Positions 27,201-39,750 of a DNA stretch of 64,000 nucleotides are shown one piece after another; the first letter of the stretch is position 1, and the number at the start of each line of letters is the position of its first letter. This DNA is from Rhynchobatus australiae (lineage: Eukaryota). The stretch is from NCBI GenBank assembly GCA_034780895.1, contig JAUZTB010000057.1:26599030-26663029 (forward strand). Reading direction: 5' to 3'. The notes under the pieces are model-generated. The model was given only the letters and a program-made list of their open reading frames with translations. It was not told the DNA's origin and searched no databases. Position numbers and translations under genes: made by a program.

Positions 27201-27899
27201 TATGAATCATCCCCGTTCTAATATACATTTAATACCTAACTCCTTAAATGACCCAAATCTAGTCAGACTGATCAAGATTGTACTGTTTAAAATGCATAAT
27301 GCATTTTATCACAAAATGCTGGGTGATCACCACTGCTAAAAATCTTAGCTGGACCAGACATGTCAGCAATGTTATTACAAGAGCATGATAGAATCCAAAT
27401 AATCTGGCATGTGTGGCTCACCTCTTGACCTTCAAAGCCTCTCCACCATCCACAAGGTTCAGATCAGGAGCATGTTTGACTGCTAACAGCTGTCTGGATG
27501 GGTGCAGAAGAGTAACACTGAATAATGTTGGCATCAATTAAATTGATAGCACCACTGTCAACATTGCAACAGGACCTACACTTCAAAAGTACCCCAGTAG
27601 CTATGAACTACCCTGAGACACTCTGTGATTGTAAACCCTGCTATAAAATTCCTGCACTGTCTTTATTTCTTTCCTTCACTCCTGCGTCTCGAAGGTATTT
27701 CAAACTATGTTTATTGTCATTCCTAGCACTCTTTAAGTTTCATCGTTTGTAATTTCAACACCATCCNNNNNNNNNNNNNNNNNNNNNNNNNNNNNNNNNN
27801 NNNNNNNNNNNNNNNNNNNNNNNNNNNNNNNNNNNNNNNNNNNNNNNNNNNNNNNNNNNNNNNNNNCATGTTCCTTCTCTTAACCCCCCCCCCCCCCAC

Positions 27900-28158
27900 C
27901 AACTTCCCAACTCACAACAATCGGGGGCTGGGTCAAGATGAGCAGAGCTGGGAGTGCTGAGCAGACTCACTCGCTCACTCACCGAGTCAGTGAGGCTGGC
28001 TGGTGGCCACACTTCCTGCTCCTGCTCGCCCTCCCATCATGACTGTTCCCGCGATCCTCTCCCGCATGCTCTTTTTGTTCATTTCTGACTTAGGAACAGT
28101 TCAGATTATGAACTGTTCTCATGAACAGAACCCTGTCATGACCTGGGGACTGCCTGTA
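27900..28158. mobile_element. Tc1/mariner-pogo (Tigger-like) non-autonomous DNA transposon end
   Basis: Ends ...catgacctggggactgcctg+ta, i.e. a TIR CAGGCAGTCCCC next to TA. Similar in reverse to 35780-35865. Confidence 0.55.
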
Positions 28159-28449
28159 TGCACTTATATAAAAGGATAAGTGACCCTGCTGTGTGGGATT
28201 GTGGTCACATGCTGAAAAGGAGACCTATGTCAGGTGCCTGCTCTTAGGCAAACCTTCACTGCCGATCACTTGAGTGTAAACTGAGCACATCCTACAAAGA
28301 TTAAGAGAAGGAAACATTTTGCAATGGCAAGCAATGCAATTGCTTCACAATTCTATCCAACCAAACCTCCCAGACACCTTGCGAATTTACTTCCTTTTCT
28401 TGTATTTTACCTACTTCAGTGCTCCTTTCAAGTTAATCTGGTGTAATAT

Positions 28450-30256
28450 TCAATTAGTAAGGGCAGAAATATAGTGGCCTACAGGAGGCTCCTCTTCAAA
28501 AATACGTTTTATTTCCCACGGTGCCACTCACACTGTGTCAGAAGATATGGTGATCTATGCCGTAGAGCACGCCATGTACCATTAGGGTCATTTGGAGGCT
28601 GGACTTATCATAGCCAGCAGCATTTCATCAGAGAGACAAGCCCAAGATTTTATGACATCGTCACTGAACCAGGTACTGGCACCTGTTCAGATTACACTTT
28701 CATCCAAGCAAGACACCTGCCACTTGATGTACGCTAACATTGGACTGACCACTGCCCAATCAACTTTCTTTCCTCCATCAGAACAATGATTTTCAGTAAT
28801 GTGCCTATATTCTTGAGTGTTTGGAATGGGATTGTAACTGACATAACAACTGACATAATCCCAACACAAAATGGTGTCAAGCAAGGCTGTGTCATTGCCC
28901 TAACACTTATTACAATCTTTTACAGCAAAATGCTGCATACAGCCTCCCAATACATTTCCTGCTAGAGTGCACCTAATCTACTAAACAAATGGGAAAGAGT
29001 TAAACCCACGTCATCTCCATTCCAAAACCAAGTTATTTTATCCTCAGTTGTTATGTTGGAGTTTAGACAATAGTTGTGTCTGGACACGTTCAGAGAGAAA
29101 GCTCCAAGGCAGTAAAGACCTGTTCACTGAAGTATATAAAAAGTGGGTTTTACACCTAACATGTGTAGAACAACTGTCCTCTTCCAACTTGACTTGAACT
29201 GTACAACACAATCCCTCGTCAATTAAAGTCACTGTTTGACAAGACCCTGGAAAGCACCCTGGGCCACTTCCCATTTCTTGAGAGCAATGAAAGCAGACAT
29301 CCATGATAAAGTTNNNNNNNNNNNNNNNNNNNNNNNNNNNNNNNNNNNNNNNNNNNNNNNNNNNNNNNNNNNNNNNNNNNNNNNNNNNNNNNNNNNNNNN
29401 NNNNNNNNNNNNNACCACTACCTTCATTACCCCAGCACCTTTGGAAAAGAGTATTTGAAGAATAAGATCACAAATGCATAACTAAGCTCATGGTCAACCA
29501 GGAAACAGATCCTTGCTCTTCTATATGCTTCTCAGATGAAGACTGCAGATGTTTCCATGCACTGGAGAGGTACCAACAATACTGTCTCTGCAAACTCCTC
29601 CTAATCCAGGATAAGTGAAGTAATATCAGCATCCTCTCCCAGACCAACAACCCCAGCGTCAGGGCCACAATTACATTCAGTCAGCACCAACACCAGGACT
29701 TATTGTTTGCATGCCTAACACCAGACTCCAAAGACAAACAATTTGTGTAACACTCGATGAACAAATATTCTTCTCCAAGCCGTGTTGGCAATGGAATACA
29801 GGGTGACCAGAGAAAACTTCCTCGAAAGAGTGTAATATGATTGCTGAGCCATGGGAATCCCTGTCTCATTACTGGTCAAGGTGGGGAAGAAGCATTTAGG
29901 ATGGCATTGAGAACCTGGAGTCCCTTCATTGGGAGCACACACAAGCCCAGTTTACACAGAAGCAGGGCACAGCCTCCCAAGCTACGTACCTGCCCACCCA
30001 TCTGCTGAACACTTCCTACCCCATCTGGGGCAGGATCCACATTGGCCTCATCATTTCTGTTGGTTCTGAGGTCGTTGAAGAGGAAACAAGTCATCCCTGA
30101 GCNNNNNNNNNNNNNNNNNNNNNNNNNNNNNNNNNNNNNNNNNNNNNNNNNNNNNNNNNNNNNNNNNNNNNNNNNNNNNNNNNNNNNNNNNNNNNNNNNN
30201 NNGAAGAGGAAACAAGTCATCCCTGAGCCCGAGGAAATGCACAAGAAGAAGAAGAT
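28450..30256 (+). mobile_element. Decayed RTE-clade LINE with (GAA)n tail
   Basis: aatggtgtcaagcaaggctgtgtcattgcc encodes NGVKQGCVIA, an RTE RT motif. The element ends cacattggcctcatc...aagtcatccctgagcccgaggaaatgcacaagaagaagaaga. Confidence 0.7.
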
Positions 30257-31154
30257 CCTATCAGAGTTTCCCAAGTTACTGCAGCAGAACAGATCAAATT
30301 GTGTTCTCTTTAAATTGTACAAAAAATTTAAGGTTATGCTATGGAGTCAGAGACAGGTACTGATTTATTCCATTTCTACTTCTGCAGACAATGAATTTCA
30401 AACCTTAACCACATTGAAAATCATCACATCTCCCTTGTATCTTTTGCCTAACATTTGAAATCTGTGCTCCTTAGTTCTTAAACAATCTGCCAATGGGAAC
30501 AGCTTTGTCTGATACCACCTCTGAACTAATCATGACTGTGAACACATCTATCAAATCTTCTCTCAATCTTCCTTATTCCAAGGAGAAAAATACCAGCTTC
30601 TCCAGTCTAACTGTAAAACTGAAATCTTCACCCCTGGAACCAATCTAATAAATACTTCCTGCAGCTTCTCTATGGGCTTTTTATGCTCTCTCTTGCATAA
30701 TGGACACAATACTTCAAAGTAACAACATTTAATCTGGATGCATAACCCATGGGTACACTGTCCAGTAACTAATTAAAAACAGAAGACTGATTTAACAATA
30801 TGTAACCAAATACATTACCACGTGTTATATCTAAATAAATTTTCAAACAAGTACTGCGAATTGCAAAAGGACAAATTTTGTGAACTGATGCATTATATTA
30901 ACATAAAAGGAAAATGCTTGATCTGTGCTCTGTCACATGTGTAAAGGTGGCATGAAGGAAACTCAGATTAGTGTCAGAAATAACAACTATTTTTTGCACA
31001 ATATTTCACCATTCAGCAGTTCTCAGTCAAACTGAGAAATGATCCATTATTGTTGTCCCCTTCCACCTCCATATATTGCAATTTTAGAAATAGAAATGCA
31101 CTTAGACTGAAGCTGTGCAATAAATTTTCAGCTATTATAGAATCATTGAACTTG

Positions 31155-31245
31155 GAATAAAAACAGGAACATTCAACTCACCAGAACCCGTGGAAAGAGA
31201 AATAGAATTAATGTTTCGGGTCAACGATCCTTCATCAGAACTGTT
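31155..31245 (-). mobile_element. Penelope-like terminal fragment with the best-preserved hammerhead-like motif
   Basis: Minus strand: cAGTT CTGATGA A GGATC gtt GACCC GAAA CA TT AATT ctatttctctttccac. Confidence 0.6.
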
Positions 31246-32039
31246 CCACTTTCCAGCCTGACATAATGAACTGCATCATTATGCATTACACTCTAAGATA
31301 AAAGATGCAAAATGTGCTTGAACAAACATGCATTATAATAGCTCTGGCCAATCTGAAGCTCTTGCATGTTTTTAAATGTTTATTAATGAACGTTTAAAGG
31401 TTTGTGCTAATTTTGTTATCTTTGTATTCTTTTAGCTAGACTCTCATTTTCCGGAAGGACTGGTAATTCATGACATGCTGTGGGAGCTGTACGAAAGCTT
31501 TGAAGAATCCTGATGCCTCCTAGGCTCTCCTGCACATTTCAGCATTACACTGAGATCAAGTGCAGGCAAATCAATGGTTACCACAGTCATCAATTAAATA
31601 TTTACCCGTTCTCATGTGTAGAAAGAAGACCAGAAGTGGCACCAAGTGCCCTCTCAAATGTTATTAAGCTAAATGACTGCAGGTTCTGGTGAGATTTATA
31701 AGAACTATGTACAAACAAGTGCAGGAACACATAGAGAAACTTCACATAAATCAGAAAGTGACTCATGGCTAGAGCTTTTATGAGCAAACAGCTATATCAC
31801 AAAGTGTGATTTATTGATTGCTAAGCTAATGGAATTGCAGTGGCAGGTTTTAAAACAATATCAATTATATAATGAACATATGAAAACAAAAAGGAACAGT
31901 GAGTTCAAATAAGCCCTCATTCCAACCCTCAATCCATACAAAAAAAAGTCCTTTCCCGTATTCAATATCATGCAGAATAATGATAAATTCTATGGATGGG
32001 AACAGGAGTCACAGAGTCATTGACAGGCAGACTAAGTAG

Positions 32040-32705
32040 CCACAAAGTTCAGAACGGAGACATCCAAGGTTATTAAATCAGAACCAAGAAAGGAGAGTTC
32101 AAAATAGTGAGAGATTTGGAACTCAGGAGGAGCTAGGGTGCATGGGGTTCCATGAACAAAAATCATGAAAAACTGGTGGATGAGTTCAAAAATAAATAAA
32201 AGTGATAATTCAATGTTGTTTATTTCAGGGAGCTGGAATATAAGAGTGAGGAACTGATCTTTCAATTATACTGGGTCTTAGTCAGACTTCATCTGGAGCA
32301 GTGGGTTTGGTTTTGAGCACTACACCATGGGGATGATATGTTGGCATTGTGATGGGCACAGCACAGATTTATCAGCATGATATCAGGTTCAAGGTTTGAA
32401 CAATATCAAATCAGTTGCATTGACTGGATTTGTAGTTCTTTCTGTTGAACAGTTAGTGGGGTGATTTCAAGGGAAGAGTTTAAAATTTAAAGATAATCTG
32501 ACACAGAAACTCTTTCTTCTGAGAAGGAAATACAAACCAAACAAGTGTAATTTTAAACCTGAAATTTTCAAAGCTGAGATAATAGTTTTCTCATTGAGGA
32601 AGTTTGTACAGAATAAAGGCAGTTCAATGGATATGGCTTCAATAGCAATGATTTAACAGAATGACAAAGGCTATATTGTGATTGAATGGCCTATACTGTT
32701 CCCCT
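32040..32705 (+). mobile_element. Old CR1 LINE 3' region
   Basis: gggagctggaatataagagtgagg...gtcagacttcatctggagcagtgggtttggttttgagcac is a decayed VRPHLEYCVQFW region. Confidence 0.55.
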
Positions 32706-33939
32706 AACAGATAAGGAATCATTAATTGAGTTCTGGCTTTTGTTCTGATGCTGAAGAGCACAATAAATGGGAAAAGCCACACAACCCTTCATAATTTGAC
32801 AAGTTCTTCATCAATCTTTCTCCTCACCTCCACTTTCCAGCCCAATCACCATACCCCATGGTTTCCCTGGGTTCCAAAAATGTCTCACCCAACAGAGCCA
32901 AAGTGGATGCCCAAGGATTTCAATGCTGGGGATGTTAGCCTGGGAGTGGACACTGCCATTGGTTCAATACTCCTTTTAGTGGATTAGGAGGATTTTGTGG
33001 AGACAGCTATGGTAGTATCTCTCCAGAACATGAGGTGCCTGCTGTGGGTACTCCACATCTCTGCACTGAAGATAGGCTCTATTGTAGATCCACGAGTTAG
33101 GACCCTGGCTTGCATGCTATCAGAAAGCAAGTGCAAGATAGAGATGAATTCGATGAGCAGCTGAACTTGAGGAGAGTGCTCCAGAGTTCCTCCCAGTTGA
33201 CAGAATCAAAGGCTCTTGTGAGGTTGAGAAAGGCCATACTGCTACCGGCACCTCTCTTAGAATTGTCATGTGGAGAAGATCATGCCCACTAATGCCTCAA
33301 GATGAATGAAATTCAGCAATTTGGGGAGTCAGTCACTAACGAATCAGCAGTTACAGCACCCTGGGGCAGAAAATTCTGAAAACCCTCAGGTCAAGAATTT
33401 TGCTCCGATTTCAATCCTAAATGTCTGAGCCCCAGTTATTCTGAGACTATGCTCTTGAGTTCTGGATTCTCCATCCATGGGAGACAAAATTTCAGCACAA
33501 GTTAATCCCTTAATTGCATTCTAAATGCTAGGGAATCAAAAACAGTATTACTAATCAACTGAAAGTGAAATCTCTTGACTGAGTTGAGATGCTATTTTTT
33601 GCTTAAAGTGGACTTCTGTTGTATGATTTACATTCAGAAGCATCCCTTCAAAATTAGGCCTTGTTTTCTGAAACTGGGTCTCAGAAACCTGTAGGTTACC
33701 TGCAGATTGGGGACATTACATTTTATAGAATCAGATTTATGAAGAATGTATGGAAAACATTCAAGGCCATTCAGGATCTGCTGGGTCTAAGACTTTATCC
33801 AATCAGTCCCACTCCCCTGCTCTTTTCCCACAGCTCCACAAATGTTTCCGCTCATGTATTTACAATATTTCCCATAGAGAGCAGAATATGCACTCATGAC
33901 CATTCAAGACAGAGCAGGATAAATCAGAACTAGAATACT

Positions 33940-34480
33940 GAGGTCACAACTAGAATACTGTGCACAGTTATGGACCCTTTCTGGAAAAAGCATATAGTAG
34001 CTTTGGAGACAGTTCAAAGGAGATTCACCAGCTAATTCCTGGTACAAGAGGGTTGTCCTATCAAGAGAGGCTGATGGTTTGGGCTTAAAAGAATGAGGGA
34101 AGACTTCATTCAAACATAAGATCCTAAGGGGGCTTGACAGGATAGACGTTGGGATATTTCAACTGGTAGGAGAGTCTTGAACCAGGGGACAGAGCTACTT
34201 AATAAAGGGCAGGTCATCGAAAACTGAAATGCGTAGAAATTTCTTCTCCCAGAGGGAGGTGAAGCTCTGGAATTTTCTGCCCCTGAAGGTGATGGAAGCC
34301 AGATGATTTGAGATATTTAAGGTGCAGATGGATAAATATTTGAATGATCAGGAACTGAGTTAAGAGAAACTGACACAGAAGAGGAGTTGAGGTCAGCATA
34401 GATCAGCTATGACCCTACTGAATGGAGGGACAGATGTGAGGGGCCAAGTGGCCAACTTCTGCTCCACTTTCTTTTGTTCT
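33940..34480 (+). mobile_element. CR1 LINE 3' end
   Basis: gaggtcacaactagaatactgtgcacagttatggacc...aggagattcaccagctaattcctgg...gatcagctatgaccctactgaatggaggg. Confidence 0.75.
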
Positions 34481-35779
34481 TTGTGTCTGCCCATGCTCCA
34501 CTCTACTGGGTAACCCAGGTCTTGTATTTAGGGTGTTAAAAGCTTGCATATGCCTTTGAATAACTATCTAAAATCTCCTTCTATCCTTCTCTGCTTGAAG
34601 GACAGCCCCAATTTCCCTCGTCTTCCCAACCGAAACCAATTGCATCCTTGAGGTACAACATTTTCAAACACTGAACATCACATTACCATTCACTGATCTT
34701 AACAATCTCATCCAAACGGGACATTTCTCCTGCTGAAAGACAAGAGCCCCGCTTGTCATGGAGTTTATGAGCAGCATATGTCTGTTTGCAAGCTGGGAGA
34801 CAATGGCTGTGAAATGTTACAAAACACAGCTGCCATTAGCAGGCTGCTAATACTAAATTTTCCATGCAGGGGTACAAAATGCTGCTTTAAACAAAGCACT
34901 GTGGAAATATTTTTACTGAATGGACCTATGTGAGAAACATGGAGTGACAAAACAAAACCCATCAGTCCCATTTCTCACCACAGGAGCACTCAGATCTGCT
35001 GCATTAAACTCTCAGAGCAAATGCACCTTGCTGTCAGATTTTAAATACCTTTCAGACAATTAAATGGAATTGAAGAGGGTTGTCATCGAAAAGCACAAAT
35101 CATTCAAACAAACCAGAAGCCCTTGTGGAGCCACCTCAAACTGCGGGACCTTAAAGTCATAAATTCGCTCATCATAACTGGACAAGCATGTTGTCAATTT
35201 CACATCAAGGCCTCAGGAGGCAAATTGCTGTTAACATTCCAGTGCTGGAGGTAAAGGGAACTAAGTATGGAAGCTGTAAAATTTATTTCTGCCTCTATTG
35301 GGTGACCCAGATCGTGATCCAACATTACAGAAGATCACTGTTTAAAAGGATGGCTTTACAGTCAGAGAACAAGGTGAAGTCAGTATTAAGTAAATTTAAC
35401 TTTTATTACAGTCTAATTTGTCAGCACTGTGTTAAAAGTAGCAAAGCCTTGGACAGTGCAGACTGGAGATGACACAAGACGTTATTGTTTGTAGTACTGA
35501 GCTAAAGCTGTGTTGGAGCAACTCCCTCCCCAAGTACCATCCAGGTGTGTCAGTGTGCTGTCCCACCAAAGCCAGAAACGTAGTTGTTCCCACATCTCCA
35601 GCAGCATAGTGCTTTGTGGCTTCATGTTGGACTTGAAGTGGGTGAGACTCTCAGGGGAGTATAATTAATCCAAGCCTGGCTGCCATGAACGTTCACGTAC
35701 ACATCAATGAGGAATTGAGAGCAGACCTCTTGCTCACCCTCTCAGCCAGTGATTGGCAGGAGGAGGAATTAAAATGATA

Positions 35780-35985
35780 TGCAGGTCATCTCCAAATTAC
35801 GGCAGGGTTCAGTTCCTGTGAACTATTCGTAACTCAAACAGTTCACGTGTCAGAAATGCAGCCGCGAACCAAGTTTCTAAGCAGCAGAAGTTGCCTGCAG
35901 CTTTGTAGCAGCTGAAAATCAATACCACCAGTCTCACAAACAAGCCAGGTGTTGGTAAGCTGGGGAGGCAGTTTCCTCCTTAGTA
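35780..35985. mobile_element. Older copy of the Tigger-like MITE
   Basis: caggtcatctccaaattacggcagggttcagttcctgtgaactattcgtaactcaaacagttcacgtgtcagaaatg aligns by eye with the reverse complement of 28080-28156. Confidence 0.45.
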
Positions 35986-36000
35986 ATGCTCCTGACTTTA

Positions 36001-36462
36001 ATGGTATTGGTTTATTATTATCACTTGTGTTACGGACTAGGACTATTAGGTTCCTTTAAGATAGTGTGTGTGTGTGTGTGTGTGTGTGTGGCGTGCTTAC
36101 ATCAACAGAAGATAAAGAACGTCATGACGTTGTTGTTGAANNNNNNNNNNTACATTAAGTTAGCACAGAGTGCATTGAGGTAGTACAGGTAAAAACAATA
36201 ACAATACAGAGTGAAGTGTCACAGCTACAAAGAAAGTGCAGTGCAGGTAGACAATAAGGTGCAAGATCACAAGGGAGATCATGAGGTCAGAGTCCACCTC
36301 ATCGTATAAGGGAACCATTTAATAGTCTTCACCAGGGGATAGAAACTATCCCTAAACCTGGTGGTATGTGCCCTCAGGCTCCTATATCTTCTACCTGATG
36401 GAAGAGGAGAGAAGGGAGACTGACTCGGGTGGTGGGGTTTTTGATTATACTGGCTGCTTCAT
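36001..36462 (-). mobile_element. Rex1/Babar LINE 3' end
   Basis: ggtattggtttattattatcacttgt tail and ctcaggctcctatatcttctacctgatggaagagg (reverse strand LLPSGRRYRSL). Same family as 38095-38290. Confidence 0.75.
36064..36090. repeat. (GT)n microsatellite
   Basis: About 13 GT units. Confidence 0.9.
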
Positions 36463-37109
36463 ACAGAACGATAAGGGAGTCCTCTGTAACAAGTATTAGA
36501 TTCAAGGCCCAGATGCTAATAGTTGGATGCCCAGCTGTAAACCTTGGCTATTTTTTGCTCATATCTGCAACCCATACAAACAAAAAGAATACATAGGTAC
36601 AATCAAAGGATCACTGCATCCATGTGCTAAAGGGGTTTATTAATAGACATGTTTTAATCGAGGAACCTGGACGAAGAGCCCACAGGTGATTGTGCAAAAC
36701 ACCACCCAGTTTTCAGAATGGTAGTGATCAGGTAGANNNNNNNNNNNNNNNNNNNNNNNNNNNNNNNNNNNNNNNNNNNNNNNNNNNNNNNNNNNNNNNN
36801 NNNNNNNNNNNNNNNNNNCATGGGATTACATGAGGTAATGTATCTGAATCCAAGGATCAAGAAATTTTTAATGCCAGTATATAATTATTACAGCAAATTT
36901 AACTTACTAAACTTTTCATTCGGTGAATGTTGCTCAGGAGGCACAATCCATTTTTATGTTGATCAAGGTTACATCAGTTTTCCTCGTTTATCCTCTGAAT
37001 GAAACCTGGGAGATGAAGTGCCACATCATAGAAAATATCGAAAATCTCAGATTCTTAAATAATAAATAGTTCAAATGTTTTTGTCACCGAGGCAGACTCA
37101 ATCGTCTAT

Positions 37110-37232
37110 TATAAAAACAGGAAATATTAGAAACACCCAGCAAGTCCACAGATGCTGCCCAACCTGCTGAGGTTTCCAGCGTTTTCTATGTTTATTTCAG
37201 ATTTCCATCATCTGCAAGTTTTATGATTTTCA
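37110..37232. mobile_element. Palindromic pair of Penelope-like termini
   Basis: ataaaaacaggaaatattagaaacacccagcaagt is followed by ccacagatgctgcccaacctgctgaggtttccagcgttttctatgtttatttcagatttccatcatctgca, so the two arms are in opposite orientation. Confidence 0.55.
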
Positions 37233-37904
37233 ATAATCTGGTAAGTGAACCAGAGGAGTTCTCAGCCCTGCAGAACACTGATGGTATTAAACCACCCAGC
37301 TCGTGGAATCCAGAGGCAGATTTTTTTTATATATAAAAGGTACCTGCCCTGTGGCCATCAGTGGCAAGGCTGATCATTATTGTCCTGAGGTGAGGCTGCA
37401 CCAGGCCAATTCAGTTAAAAATGCTGGAGTAGGACTGAGGTCACACAAAGACCATGGACCATGTAACATCAGATTTCCTTCCCTAAAGAAGAGGGCCAGA
37501 AAAGTTGGGATTCTGTGACAACCGCACAACATCATGGCAACGTCCACTGACAGCAACTTCTTTTCCTCCCATAACTTTTTTTGAGCTAAATTTAAATTCT
37601 CTAATGGAATGTGAGCTTGAAATTTAAATTTCAGATTCAGGCTTCAGGCCAACTGGACAGCAGGTTCAGTGTGAAGCTCCAGCACTGTCTCACACAGCTG
37701 GATTTCATCCATTTAACTACTTATATTCTTGCACTCAGTGGTTCAACACGTAGGCAATCCTGGCTGGACACTTTACAAATGTTCTGTACCTTGAGACTGT
37801 GAAACACAATTACTCCTGAGAATTTCCACTTCTTGACTATGTCAGCCTTTAAAGTTCAAAACATGAACTCTCTCTGGAACAACTTTAATTTATATACTAG
37901 CTTT

Positions 37905-38075
37905 AAGAAGCTAAAACAATGGCAAGGTGTAATTAAACAAAATCTGACACCATGTCACATAAGGAGATATTTGGTCAAATGACCAAAGCTTAATGAAGGG
38001 AGAGGCTTTAAGAAGCATTTTGAGGAGGAGAGAGAGAAGTGGAGACCTATGAGGGGTAAATTTGTGCTGTGGTCG
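37905..38075 (-). mobile_element. L2-like LINE 3' fragment (related pieces at 41250-41460 and 43630-43960)
   Basis: aaaatctgacaccatgtcacataaggagatatttggtcaaatgaccaaagctt...ttttgaggaggagagagagaagtggag. The reverse complement resembles 41300-41400. Confidence 0.5.
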
Positions 38076-38092
38076 CAGGCATGGACACCAAT

Positions 38093-38470
38093 GATGGTAT
38101 TGGCATTGGTTTATTATTGCCACTTGTACTGAGGTACAGTGAAAAGCTTGTCTTACAAACCAAACGTACAGGTCAATTCATTACACAGTGCAGTTACATC
38201 GAGTCAGTAGAGCCCATTGATGTAGTACAGGTAAAAACAATAACAGTACAGAGTAAAGTGTCACAGCTACAGAGAAAGTGCAGTGCAATANNNNNNNNNN
38301 NNNNNNNNNNNNNNNNNNNNNNNNNNNNNNNNNNNNNNNNNNNNNNNNNNNNNNNNNNNNNNNNNNNNNNNNNNNNNNNNNNNNNNNNNNGTTTGTTAGA
38401 AAGTCCAGGATCCAGTTACAGAGGGAGGCGTTGACTCTTAGGTCTCGGAGTTTGGTAACGAGCTTACTTG
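38093..38470 (-). mobile_element. Rex1/Babar LINE fragment spanning a gap
   Basis: ggtattggcattggtttattattgccacttgtactgaggtacagtgaaaagc tail, and internal tccaggatccagttacagagggagg (reverse strand SLCNWILDFLTN). Confidence 0.75.
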
Positions 38471-39454
38471 CTCAATCCTGAAAACCAGGATTGCCTTAAG
38501 GCTAGATTTCGAGAAATTCAGAAATTTCAGGATGGTCATAAGGCTGGAGGAGGCGAGAGAAATTAAAAGAGGTATGGCCAGCAAAGGCTTCTGAAAAAAA
38601 TGGGAGTGTTAAAATGGAAGCACTGCTTCACCAGGTTATAGGGCACATGTGTGATTGAGTGGGGATATGGGCAACAGAGCACAAGGCAATGCAAGTTAAG
38701 GGGGGTTGAGAAAGGACACATTCAACTCTAGTTCAGCTTGGGGATGGGATGTGCCATAAATATAGCCAACTAAATCAGAATATTCACACAGAAAATCTGA
38801 AAATGACATGAGGGAAAAAGGCAAAATTAAGAAGAAAGGGATGGAAGGAGAAATTGAGAGTGAGAATGGAAGAGGTAAAATGGTGAGGGTACTTAATATC
38901 TCACTTTGATATTGCTAAAGCAGTTTGAAGAGAATAAACAAGGATGAGCAAGATATGTAAAAATGAATTTTTAAAAATAAACAAATTCTTCAAAAAAATG
39001 AGCACTAATGCCTCTTCAGGAACTGAAAAAAAAAGTAGACTCTGCAGAGACTGGTATTTTTCTTGCAGTTGTTCACATTTGGAAGGTTATTCATTTGGAC
39101 ATTGTATTCCAATTATTTTTTCAAAATGTAGTAATTCACCTTAAACACAGTTTTTGGCCAACTCCAAGTCAAAGATCTGAACACACTGGAACTCAACCAA
39201 CACAAAGCTTTCAAAACTTGAAGCATTTTCCAGCACTCAACAAAGGCTTAATGTGGGGATGGGGGGGGCGGAGAATGTAAAATCAAATTAACTTGTACCA
39301 CGGAAGCTTTTCTTTTCAGTTTACAACAATCAACTTGACCAGCAGGACTGTAATTTTCCATCAGGTCACTAATTTTATACCTTGAGACAGGAAGGACTGG
39401 TGTGTCGACTTCTGGTGTGAACCTTATAATCCAATGAATGGAAGGCTAAACAGG

Positions 39455-39750
39455 AGGCTGCAAAATCATTCTTCCCCTCTGCCATCAGATTTTTGAATGG
39501 TCCATGAACCCTACCTCGTTTTTCCTTTTTTGCACAGTTTCATTTGTAATTTATAGTAATTNNNNNNNNNNNNNNNNNNNNNNNNNNNNNNNNNNNNNNN
39601 NNNNNNNNNNNNNNNNNNNNNNNNNNNNNNNNNNNNNNNNNNNNNNNNNNNNNNNNNNNNNTAATTTTACATGTTTGCACTGTACTGCTGCCGTAAAATA
39701 ACAAATTTCACGACATACAAGTCAGTGAAAATAAATCTGATCCTGATTCA
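39455..39750 (+). mobile_element. Rex1/Babar LINE 3' tail
   Basis: cttcccctctgccatcagatttttgaatggtccatgaacc...gcactgtactgctgccgtaaaataacaaatttcacgacatac...aataaatctgatcctgatt is the reverse complement of 11005-11190. Confidence 0.8.

Noticed and set aside
30077-30228. Direct repeats flanking gaps (also 60186-60345 and 63528-63688) as target-site duplications
   Set aside because: They abut 100-N gaps exactly and are best explained as unmerged contig overlaps.
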